Shown here: in pieces, positions 1-7,674 of the stretch
Numbering within the stretch: position 1 is the first letter of the stretch
Layout: every line of letters starts with the position of its first letter
Assembly (NCBI GenBank): GCA_944324345.1
Contig: CALUVT010000004.1
Location: 116,246 to 180,245 of the forward strand
DNA: 64,000 bases
From: Candidatus Gastranaerophilales bacterium
GTDB taxonomy: Bacteria > Cyanobacteriota > Vampirovibrionia > Gastranaerophilales > Gastranaerophilaceae
Direction of reading: 5' to 3'
Program-made: the position numbers and the translations under genes
Notes under the pieces: model-generated
What the model was told of the DNA's origin: nothing
Database searches by the model: none
What the model saw: the letters and a program-made list of their open reading frames with translations, nothing else

Positions 1-210
1 AAATTGTCTGGGCTGGAATCTTTATTATTGCAAGGATTTCCTAAAAAGTACGTGATGAAGGCAATGAATCTGACAAATTCTAAATTATTGGCTCAAACAG
101 GTAATGCAATGACAGTTAGTGTTATTCGTGCTATAGGAGAAAATTTAGTCAATTATATAGAAGAGGATACAAAAAATGAATTTAGTCAAAAAAGGATCTC
201 AAACTGCTAG
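1..210 (+). CDS. DNA (cytosine-5)-methyltransferase, C-terminal fragment (5' part outside window)
   Basis: Frame open from base 1. The tail contains LQGFP and TGNAMTVSV (GNAxxV, motif X), typical of C5 MTases. Overlaps the next gene by 35 nt. Confidence 0.8.
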   Translation, partial: KLSGLESLLLQGFPKKYVMKAMNLTNSKLLAQTGNAMTVSVIRAIGENLVNYIEEDTKNEFSQKRISNC

Positions 211-925
211 AGATGGATTTAAAAATGAACAAAATATATGTGACAAATTTAATAATTGGCAATTTGACAATGAGGCTAAGCAATGGCTGACAATCATGCA
301 ATATAACATAAATGAAATTGAATATGTCAGAGCAGTTGTATTGCATGGTTACAAGGCCGATATAAATTTACAGGTACAGATAAAATTAAAGTCCGCAGTT
401 GACGTAGAAAATATACAGGTAAAACTAGTCTCAAATCAAAAGGGATTTAATCAAGTAGATAAACGTTGGTTATCACATTATAAAGAAATGTGGAATATGC
501 CTGATAGTGTCTATCATTTGTTAAAATATTATACTGGGGAAACTGCCCCTTATAGGCAAGATATAAGAGATCCCCGTAGAATGTTCATAGATGAATTTAC
601 AAAGGAAGAGCAAGAGCTATTATTAAACTGGTTTTCAAATAACAAAACATTAATTTTAAGTGATATTATTAAGGGTCGAGGGCAATTTAGTGCGGAATGG
701 ATTTTAGTAGCACAAAAACTAGATAATAACGCTCGTTGGATATTAGTAAATATTAATCAAGCTCTACAACATTATTCATCTGGCAATGTTAGAATTAGTC
801 CTAAAGGTTCAATATATATTGGCAATGTAACTATGCAAAGAAAAGGTGGAGATGGCGGAAGAGAAACTGCAAAGATGTTACAATTTAAATTAGACCCAAC
901 TCAATTATTTGAACGTTTTTCTTAG
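176..925 (+). CDS. Type II restriction endonuclease, HinP1I/MspI-like (putative)
   Basis: 249-aa ORF overlapping the MTase 3' end. Residues D62-X18-Q81-V-K83 fit the (S/T)D-X18-Q-X-K active-site spacing I recall for HinP1I; size is also similar. Not verified by alignment. Confidence 0.7.
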   Translation: MNLVKKGSQTARDGFKNEQNICDKFNNWQFDNEAKQWLTIMQYNINEIEYVRAVVLHGYKADINLQVQIKLKSAVDVENIQVKLVSNQKGFNQVDKRWLSHYKEMWNMPDSVYHLLKYYTGETAPYRQDIRDPRRMFIDEFTKEEQELLLNWFSNNKTLILSDIIKGRGQFSAEWILVAQKLDNNARWILVNINQALQHYSSGNVRISPKGSIYIGNVTMQRKGGDGGRETAKMLQFKLDPTQLFERFS

Positions 926-1099
926 CAACTGAAAAATTACCCCCGATTAGTGCAAAAATTTATAGCAAACCAATTTCAAATTTGTCGTACCAAGTTAAAT
1001 CAAACATACTTTTCAAAACAACTGATGGAATAAATTACACTTTCTTCGGATGAAAATATTTAGAAAATTGGTTAGATTATTATCAAAGGAGGGAATTGT

Positions 1100-1405
1100 A
1101 TGTTTTACAATGTTCTAAAAGCTAAAGAAATATTAGATCTAGGAGAAGAAAAATTTAAACATCACGTTTTAATGGAAGACAATAACAGCTGTTTATCCAT
1201 AATTGCAATTAAAAAAGGAGAAATTATTGATACTCATACTTCGCTATGCGACGCAGCTGTTTACGTTATAGACGGAGAAATTGAAATGCACTTCGATGCT
1301 CAAAAATTTAAAGTTGATAAAGGCGAAATACTTATGTTTAAAAAAGACGTAGAACATAAAGTTTTAGCCTTAAAAGACAGTAAATTTTTGCTTATTAAAA
1401 TTTAA
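1100..1405 (+). CDS. Cupin domain protein
   Basis: 101 aa. Small beta-barrel pattern G-x-I-x-T-H-T ... VYVIDGEIE ... KGEIL ... VEHKV. Strong SD AAAGGAGGG upstream. Confidence 0.55.
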   Translation: MFYNVLKAKEILDLGEEKFKHHVLMEDNNSCLSIIAIKKGEIIDTHTSLCDAAVYVIDGEIEMHFDAQKFKVDKGEILMFKKDVEHKVLALKDSKFLLIKI

Positions 1406-1414
1406 AAAAAACCG

Positions 1415-1445
1415 AAAGGAGCTTTTTTTAAAGCTCCTTTTTGTT
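1415..1445. terminator. Bidirectional rho-independent terminator between convergent genes
   Basis: Perfect inverted repeat AAAGGAGCTTT / AAAGCTCCTTT (1415-1425 / 1430-1440), flanked by A-run and T-run. Confidence 0.7.
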
Positions 1446-2973
1446 ATTTATTGGGATTTACAAAACCTACAGATTTTCTTGATACATTGTTTTTTCCTGA
1501 CAAAAATTCACTCATTGCTGTTTGAAAATCCTCGTATGACAAACGTAAATTTTCCATATCCGATTGAGTAAAAGTTCCATTTTCCATTTTTTCATATATA
1601 CCAGCTCTTTCAAAAGCATGTTCATTGGCTCCATTTACAATATATGCAATATCTGCACCTGTTGCTTGCATATTCAGAAGTTCATCGGCAACTAAATCTT
1701 TTGGAAAATCTTTGTCCAACGCTTTATTTTTTGTGTGTATATCAAAAATTTTCAACACAGCATCTTTTGTATTAGGAGCTTTTACCTCAATATGCTTTCC
1801 AAAACGCCCCGAACGAGTGATGGCACTGTCAAGAATATCAAGTCTGTTAGTTGCTGTAATAACAAATATGTCATCACCATTCTTTTCAACATCACTCATC
1901 AATGTCAAAAGCTGGTTTACAACTTTATCTCCATAAACATCCATACCGCCTCTTTTCTTTGCTACGGCATCAAATTCATCTATAAAGATAATGGCAGGTT
2001 GATTTTCTCTTGCAGTATCAAAAAGCTTACGCCAATTCTCTTCAGAAGCTCCAACCCACTTGGATTCCATTTCTAAGCCATTCAACTTTATAAAGGAGGC
2101 GTTTGTTTCGTTTGCTAAAGCCTGAGCAATAAGAGTCTTGCCGGTTCCAGGAGGACCGTACATTATGTAACCGTGGTTCACTGTAGTATTTCTGTAAGCT
2201 TCAGGGTATTTTATAGGATAAATAATTCCCTTCTTTAATGAGTCTATAACACTATCCTGACCGCCAACATCGGCAAAAGAAAGTTTTTTACCCTTACCTG
2301 CAAATGTTTGCAAAATTGAATGGATTGATTTTTGGTTTTGACGTTTAATTACAGGTTCAACTTCCTTTGAAAAGTCAAACATTTTTGCAAATATTTTTCT
2401 ATGCATACTTAAATCAGTCAATGGTTGTTCTTTTATACTGAGTGTAGTATCACCAAAATTCAAAACATCCCCCGTTTCAAGATAAAAACTATCTCCTGAG
2501 TTCATTGTATATTCGGATTTGCCACTTTTTAAAACAAATGAAAACTTGTTCGGATTGTACGCTTCCAATTCGTTGCTGTGATTTTTATAAAGAGCAAGAG
2601 AAGCTTTTAAGTTATCATCTTCAATATAAAAGAGTCTTTTTATAATACTATGGAAAGAACCGCTTAATTCTTTCAAACTCTTTTGGGCAGACATTAAAGT
2701 TTCATCAACAACAACAACATCTCCTTGTTTTAATATCTGAAGAATAGATGATAAACGATCTTCCAGAGGAATTTTTTTGGCTAAAGAAAGAGCACTGGAC
2801 TGAAGTCCGGTAAAATTTACACCGGAATAGTATCTGTAATTTGGCAATTTATCTATCTGCTTTTGTTTGGGCGAGATAGTTGCAGTTAAATTTGGGGCAA
2901 CATTTTTTTTAAGTTGCAGGTTTTTATTAGTGTACGGGGTACAATAATAATTTTGAACAGGGTTGATTCTCAT
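1444..2973 (-). CDS. AAA+ ATPase (CDC48/FtsH-type single AAA module) with unknown N-terminal region of about 250 aa
   Basis: Walker A GPPGTGKT, Walker B IIFIDEFD, second region of homology ATNRLDILDSAITRSGRF. Start moved to ATG 2973 (MRINPVQNYY): SD AAGGAGG lies 9 nt upstream, whereas the track GTG 2979 is only 3 nt from the SD. Confidence 0.85.
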   Translation of the reverse strand: MRINPVQNYYCTPYTNKNLQLKKNVAPNLTATISPKQKQIDKLPNYRYYSGVNFTGLQSSALSLAKKIPLEDRLSSILQILKQGDVVVVDETLMSAQKSLKELSGSFHSIIKRLFYIEDDNLKASLALYKNHSNELEAYNPNKFSFVLKSGKSEYTMNSGDSFYLETGDVLNFGDTTLSIKEQPLTDLSMHRKIFAKMFDFSKEVEPVIKRQNQKSIHSILQTFAGKGKKLSFADVGGQDSVIDSLKKGIIYPIKYPEAYRNTTVNHGYIMYGPPGTGKTLIAQALANETNASFIKLNGLEMESKWVGASEENWRKLFDTARENQPAIIFIDEFDAVAKKRGGMDVYGDKVVNQLLTLMSDVEKNGDDIFVITATNRLDILDSAITRSGRFGKHIEVKAPNTKDAVLKIFDIHTKNKALDKDFPKDLVADELLNMQATGADIAYIVNGANEHAFERAGIYEKMENGTFTQSDMENLRLSYEDFQTAMSEFLSGKNNVSRKSVGFVNPNK

Positions 2974-3064
2974 ACACACACACCTCCTTGTTTTTTGAAG
3001 ATACTATTTTTTTTCATAATCGTCAATAAGCCGATTTAACACAAAAAATAAGCTTTTAGGATAA

Positions 3065-3084
3065 TATACTACATATGTAGTATA
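3065..3084. promoter_or_regulatory. Perfect 20-bp palindrome TATACTACATATGTAGTATA (candidate operator)
   Basis: Read directly. Lies about 90-110 bp upstream of the AAA+ ATPase start. Half-site ATA(C/T)TACA recurs at 3164-3181. Confidence 0.4.
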
Positions 3085-3163
3085 AATTTCTTAAATTATT
3101 ACCTTTTTGTTTTTCTAAAGTATTTATTTTTTATAAAGTGTGGGTATTTTTATAAAATAATTA

Positions 3164-3181
3164 ATACTACAATTGTAATAT
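3164..3181. promoter_or_regulatory. 18-bp near-palindrome ATACTACAATTGTAATAT (second copy of the half-site)
   Basis: One mismatched pair. Same half-site as the 3065-3084 palindrome; centres are about 98 bp apart. Confidence 0.3.
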
Positions 3182-3278
3182 TTACACTTTTTTGAAATTG
3201 TTACATTTGTTTACTTTATTATCCCTCTTTAATTGCTGGATTTTTGGGCATTTGACTTCAACCATTAAGCAAAAAAAA

Positions 3279-3350
3279 CGGCGGCAACGGGAATTGAACC
3301 CGTGTCAACAGAATGAGAATCTGCTATCCTAACCTCTAGACGATGCCGCT
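3279..3350 (-). tRNA. tRNA-Glu (anticodon CUC)
   Basis: Manual cloverleaf. Acceptor AGCGGCA/TGCCGCC, D-arm GTCTAGAGGTTAGGAT (Glu-type), anticodon stem GCAGA/TCTGT with loop TTCTCAT, T-arm ACGGG-TTCAATT-CCCGT, discriminator G. No encoded CCA. Followed by a T-run. Confidence 0.85.
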
Positions 3351-3376
3351 TCGTGATTTTATTTAATTGTGTCTTT

Positions 3377-3405
3377 ATACTAACACCAATTTTTTATTTA
3401 TTCAA
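3377..3405 (-). promoter_or_regulatory. Candidate sigma70-type promoter for tRNA-Glu
   Basis: Minus strand TTGAAT-17 nt-TAGTAT, about 25-30 nt upstream of the tRNA 5' end. Confidence 0.3.
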
Positions 3406-3423
3406 GCATCGTATTATTAGCTA

Positions 3424-4143
3424 TTATTTTTCGCAATTTGCACAGCTTTTTGGCAAATCTAAATCTTCGCACAGCATTATTGTAACAACTTCTCCTGCCT
3501 TAGCATGGTATTTTAAACCGGGAGTTATCAGCCCTGTTATCAAACCGACCGTCGTACCTACAGGAATACCTATTGCATAACCAACACCAAGTTTTGCTGG
3601 GTTTGGAATAAATGCAAAACCTGTACCTGCACCAGCACCAACTATACCAAGCCCAAGAGTATATGCGGTCAATTTACCTGCAGTATTCCACGGTCCTTCC
3701 TTTAGCGAACCGTCTTTTGTTAAAGGTTTTGCAGACATGGGATACGCAGAACCGTCGGGAAATATTAGACATTCAAAATTCAGATAAACTCTGGCATTCT
3801 TATTTGGAACTCTTTGTTTATCAATTCTTATCACGGTTGCAACAACCTTTGAACCGGCAGGAATTAGCAATGTACCTTCCTGAGTATAAATAGCATCCGA
3901 AACATCAAAATTCACTCTATCGCCTGCCTTGGCACAATCAGACCAAAACTTGCATGTAAAAGCGACTTTAAATGCGTTTCCTTTACATATTATATTTCTA
4001 AGATTTGTAATAGTTACCATATTTGAAAGAGCACCTTTTTCACAGAACATATGCTCTCTTGCACATACCTGCTCATCACATTCTTGAGCTTGTACAGAAA
4101 TTCCAACAAGGATAATAAATACAGATAACAAAAATTTTTTCAT
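3424..4143 (-). CDS. Secreted Cys-rich protein with C-terminal glycine-zipper segment (unknown function)
   Basis: Signal peptide MKKFLLSVFIILVGISVQAQE and about 11 Cys. The middle resembles a TrbI/VirB10-type beta-barrel pattern (LLIPAGSKV ... ARVYLNF ... FPDG). C-terminus GIVGAGAGTGFAF...GIPVGTTVGLITGL. Confidence 0.55.
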   Translation of the reverse strand: MKKFLLSVFIILVGISVQAQECDEQVCAREHMFCEKGALSNMVTITNLRNIICKGNAFKVAFTCKFWSDCAKAGDRVNFDVSDAIYTQEGTLLIPAGSKVVATVIRIDKQRVPNKNARVYLNFECLIFPDGSAYPMSAKPLTKDGSLKEGPWNTAGKLTAYTLGLGIVGAGAGTGFAFIPNPAKLGVGYAIGIPVGTTVGLITGLITPGLKYHAKAGEVVTIMLCEDLDLPKSCANCEK

Positions 4144-4281
4144 AATACACAGAATAATTGTACGATCCAGCGAAAAATGCTATTACCTAAAGGACTATAT
4201 AAATGGATTATATTTTAACGGGTCTTTTCGAGAATTAAAAAAAAAATATCTTCTGAATAAAATGTTTTGAAAGGAGGAACT

Positions 4282-5256
4282 ATGAGTGAACCAAATTCAA
4301 AACACCCGTACTTAGATAGTGTTGCAAAAAACTTCTTAGAAAATCTTAATTCAACAAACAAGGCCATATACGAAATGACAGCTGATGAATCAAGAGAATT
4401 CTTAAAAAATATACAAAAAAAATATTACAAAAATATTGAAGCAGATACACAGGATATAGAAATATCAGACCCTGATATGGGAGAAATAAGTTTAAAACTT
4501 GTACGTCCTGTAAACTCTACAAGTGAACAAGAGCTTCCTTTAATTATTTATTGTCATGGAGGTGGATGGGTTATGGGAGACTCCGACTGTTACGACATGA
4601 CAATAAAAACCATTGCAAACTATACCAACTCTGCTGTTGTTTTCATAAACTATTCAAGAGCTCCGGAATTTCAGTACCCTACTGCATTTAATCAAGTTTA
4701 CTCAGTATTGGAATATTTCTCACAAAACGGAAGTGACTACAAAATTAACCCGCATAAAATAGCAATTATGGGAGATAGTGCAGGAGGGAATTTGGCTGCT
4801 GCAACTGCTATCAGAATAAAATTAGAAGGCGGACCCGAAATATTATTTCAAGTTTTAATATACCCTGTAACAGATGCAGATATGAAAACAGATTCCTACA
4901 GTGAATTTAAAGACGGACCTTGGTTGAGTAAAAAAGCAATGGAATATTTCTGGGATTCGTACTTACCTGAAAAAGATAAAAGAAAAGATATTTACGTCTC
5001 CCCATTGAAATCCGAAATAAAACATTTAAATGGAATTGCTCCTGCACTGATTATCACATCAGAAAATGATGTTTTAAGAGATGAAGGGGAAGCTTATGCT
5101 CGAAAATTAATAGAAGCAGGTGTAGACACGGCTTGTGTAAGAATGAATAACACATTCCACGATTTCATTCTACTTAATGGTTTAAGAGAAAGCAGAGCGG
5201 TAAAATCAACCTACAAACTCATTGGAGAAATGCTAAAACACACTCTACACAAATAA
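4282..5256 (+). CDS. Alpha/beta hydrolase, HSL-family esterase/lipase
   Basis: HGGGW oxyanion motif and GDSAGG nucleophile elbow. Start set to ATG 4282, which has SD AGGAGG 4 nt upstream, rather than TTG 4267. Confidence 0.85.
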   Translation: MSEPNSKHPYLDSVAKNFLENLNSTNKAIYEMTADESREFLKNIQKKYYKNIEADTQDIEISDPDMGEISLKLVRPVNSTSEQELPLIIYCHGGGWVMGDSDCYDMTIKTIANYTNSAVVFINYSRAPEFQYPTAFNQVYSVLEYFSQNGSDYKINPHKIAIMGDSAGGNLAAATAIRIKLEGGPEILFQVLIYPVTDADMKTDSYSEFKDGPWLSKKAMEYFWDSYLPEKDKRKDIYVSPLKSEIKHLNGIAPALIITSENDVLRDEGEAYARKLIEAGVDTACVRMNNTFHDFILLNGLRESRAVKSTYKLIGEMLKHTLHK

Positions 5257-5264
5257 TTTCACAA

Positions 5265-6299
5265 CTAATTTGTTACAGCAATTTTTAAACATCCGTTAGA
5301 CTTTGTTTCAAAAAACTCATAAGCCTTTATAATATCTTCCAGCTTATATCTATGAGTGATTAAAAAGTCTGTATTCAATTTATTCTCAAAAATTAAATTC
5401 ACAAGCTCAGAACACTTAGATGCGTCAACACCGCCAGTTTTAAAAATCAAATTTTTCCCGTACATTTCAGGTAATGGAAGAATTTGATTTTTTTCATACA
5501 TTGCAACAACTGCAACAATAGCGTTAGGACGGGCTATTTTATATGCAAGTTCAAATGTATCGTCAGCTCCTGCAGCCTCAATAACCGAATCCGCTCCTCT
5601 ACCCTGAGTTAAATTCATAATAATTTGGTATAAATCTTCTTTTTTAGGATTAACAAAATAATCTGCAAGATTTTGTTTCCTTGCAACCTCAAGTCTTGTA
5701 TCATCCACATCCAATGCAACAATTTTTGAAGCACCTTGAACTTTTGCACTCATCATTGAACAAAGCCCTACTGGCCCTGCACCAATGATTACAACAACAT
5801 CCTCAGGTTTTATCTCACAAAGTTCTGCACCCCACCAGCCGCTGGATAAAATATCCCCGACAAACAGTGCATTTTCAAAACTTACATCTTCCGGCAGCTT
5901 TGTTAATCCCATATCCGCGTAAGGAACTCTAACATATTCAGCATGGCAACCGTCAATTCTGCAGCCAAGTTCCCAACCGCCTTTTTCACAATTATTAACA
6001 AATCCGTGCCTGCAAAACCAACATTCCCCGCAAAATGTTTCACAATTTGCACTAACTCTATCTCCGGGTTTTAAATTTTTAACACCTGAACCAACACTCA
6101 TAATAGTCCCGACAAATTCATGGCCCAAAACAACCCCCTTTTGAGCTCTTGGGACAAATCCTCTTACAATATGCAAATCACTTGTGCATATAGATGAAAT
6201 TTCAACTTTTACAATTGCATCATTCTCTGAGTGCAAAACAGGTAAAGGCTTTTCTATAAGCTCAATTTCCCCAACATCTTTATAAACTAAAGCTTTCAT
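5265..6299 (-). CDS. Zinc-dependent alcohol dehydrogenase (MDR family)
   Basis: GHEFVG, structural-zinc Cys cluster CGECWFCRHG, Rossmann GAGPVG. Start moved to MKALVYKD (6299) because the longer ORF would read through the upstream terminator hairpin. Confidence 0.85.
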   Translation of the reverse strand: MKALVYKDVGEIELIEKPLPVLHSENDAIVKVEISSICTSDLHIVRGFVPRAQKGVVLGHEFVGTIMSVGSGVKNLKPGDRVSANCETFCGECWFCRHGFVNNCEKGGWELGCRIDGCHAEYVRVPYADMGLTKLPEDVSFENALFVGDILSSGWWGAELCEIKPEDVVVIIGAGPVGLCSMMSAKVQGASKIVALDVDDTRLEVARKQNLADYFVNPKKEDLYQIIMNLTQGRGADSVIEAAGADDTFELAYKIARPNAIVAVVAMYEKNQILPLPEMYGKNLIFKTGGVDASKCSELVNLIFENKLNTDFLITHRYKLEDIIKAYEFFETKSNGCLKIAVTN

Positions 6300-6315
6300 A
6301 AAGAAATAATAACAC

Positions 6316-6344
6316 AAAAAGCTCCTTTTAAAAGGAGCTTTTTT
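6316..6344 (-). terminator. Rho-independent terminator after the DUF360 gene
   Basis: AAAAGCTCCTTTT/AAAAGGAGCTTTT inverted repeat immediately after stop codon 6347-6349. T-run on the minus strand. Confidence 0.65.
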
Positions 6345-6346
6345 CA

Positions 6347-6697
6347 CTAATCTTTGCCATCATTTAGCGTTACCATATTTATTATAAGTCCCAAAAACGA
6401 TAGCACCAACGATCCCAAAAATGCTGCCAAAAATCCGTCTACATATATTCCCGGAGCAATGTATCCCGCAAGCATAAATAATAAAGCATTTACAACAAGA
6501 CCAAATAACCCTAATGTCAAAATGTTAATTGGCAATGTAATAAAGACAATCAACGGTCTTATAAATATATTAATAAGAGCCATTATGACGGTTACAAGCA
6601 TTGCACTTTGAAAATTTTCAACGAAAATTCCCGGAACAAGCCACGCAACAAAAAGAATTGCTAATGTAAAAAATATCCATCTTACAAGTAATACCAT
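6347..6697 (-). CDS. DUF360 / phage-holin-4-like small membrane protein (YvlD-like)
   Basis: 116 aa with four hydrophobic segments. Pattern LV.W......A.L.VAWL.PG ... I.RP.....TLP..ILTLGLF..V.NA is typical of the family. Confidence 0.65.
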   Translation of the reverse strand: MVLLVRWIFFTLAILFVAWLVPGIFVENFQSAMLVTVIMALINIFIRPLIVFITLPINILTLGLFGLVVNALLFMLAGYIAPGIYVDGFLAAFLGSLVLSFLGLIINMVTLNDGKD

Positions 6698-6836
6698 AAC
6701 ACTTTTTCCTTTCTCATATACAAGTTTAAAAGTTTATAATATAAAATTCATTATCTTAAAGCGTAATAACAAACTTGCTAATACTAATTATTAAGTGTAT
6801 AATTATCGAAGGATAATTATAAGAAAGGGACTTTAT

Positions 6837-7181
6837 ATGAAAGAAAATATTTTAATCGCACTTGCAATTGTAATCATAGCATCCATGTGGATTCAATTCT
6901 CAACACAAAATGCAAATGACAGATACAAAGTAATTACCGGAAGCAATATGATGACAATCTTACTTGATAAAAAAACCGGAGTAACTTGGAGAAACTGTAT
7001 ATGTGATACAAAATCAAATATACCGGGATGCTGGGAAAGAATGTATACAATAAATCTTGAAGATTACAGCAAACCAAAAGGAGAAGTTGTTATTACAAAA
7101 AAATTAAGAAGAGACCTGGCTAAACAAGCTAAAAATACACCGGCTCCACAAGGTCAAACTCAAACTCCTGTTGAAAAATAG
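6837..7181 (+). CDS. Hypothetical membrane-anchored protein
   Basis: N-terminal TM MKENILIALAIVIIASMWI. Start at ATG 6837 preferred over the track's 6795. Confidence 0.45.
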   Translation: MKENILIALAIVIIASMWIQFSTQNANDRYKVITGSNMMTILLDKKTGVTWRNCICDTKSNIPGCWERMYTINLEDYSKPKGEVVITKKLRRDLAKQAKNTPAPQGQTQTPVEK

Positions 7182-7205
7182 GCTTTTGAAATAAATAAAA
7201 AACAA

Positions 7206-7244
7206 AAATATTTCCCCTATATTTAAAAGGGGAAATATTTTTTT
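7206..7244. terminator. Bidirectional terminator
   Basis: 12-bp stem AAATATTTCCCC / GGGGAAATATTT with A and T runs, between convergent genes. Confidence 0.7.
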
Positions 7245-7289
7245 AATCCTTAAACATTTAGAAAAATCTTACAAAATTTGTCTAAAGCT

Positions 7290-7637
7290 CTATTTCTTAT
7301 CCAACACCTTTATCAAATGCCACCCAAATTGTGTATAAACAGGTTTTGAAACTTCTCCTACAGGAGTTTCAAATGCTGCTTTTTCAAATTCAGGTACCAT
7401 CTGTCCGTGTGAAAAATACCCCAAATCTCCGCCGTTTCTTCCTGATGGGCAAAGTGAATAAGCTCTGGCATAATACTCAAAATCACCACCATCATCAATT
7501 GCTTTTTTAATCTCTTGAGCCTCTGCAGCAGTTTTGACAAGAATATGTTCTGCCCTAACCGTTTGATATTCTTGAGCAAATACACTTCCACTCAAAAGTA
7601 TAACAAATAGAAATAATTTACATAAATTCTTTATCAT
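7290..7637 (-). CDS. Parvulin-type peptidyl-prolyl cis-trans isomerase (PpiC family), secreted
   Basis: Signal peptide, then HILVKT...A..YS.CPSGRNGGDLGYFSHGQMVPEFE...GWHLIKV. Confidence 0.85.
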   Translation of the reverse strand: MIKNLCKLFLFVILLSGSVFAQEYQTVRAEHILVKTAAEAQEIKKAIDDGGDFEYYARAYSLCPSGRNGGDLGYFSHGQMVPEFEKAAFETPVGEVSKPVYTQFGWHLIKVLDKK

Positions 7638-7674
7638 AATGAACCATCCTATATTATTTTAAACTAAATTCCTA

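Noticed and set aside
3279-3350. tRNA-Glu as the integration site of a genomic island carrying the R-M system and the AAA+ ATPase.
   Set aside because: No integrase, no direct repeat of the tRNA 3' end and no mobility genes are visible between position 1 and 3350. The left boundary is outside the window, so the idea cannot be supported here.
4267-4281. Track start codons that extend ORFs upstream: 4267, 6347 (for adh), 6795, 8376, 20050, 24847, 26744, 36769, 37937, 40714, 40816, 44180, 50831, 51906 and 61130.
   Set aside because: In each case an internal ATG has a better-placed Shine-Dalgarno sequence and aligns with the conserved N-terminus of the family. Some longer versions would also read through an upstream terminator or promoter.
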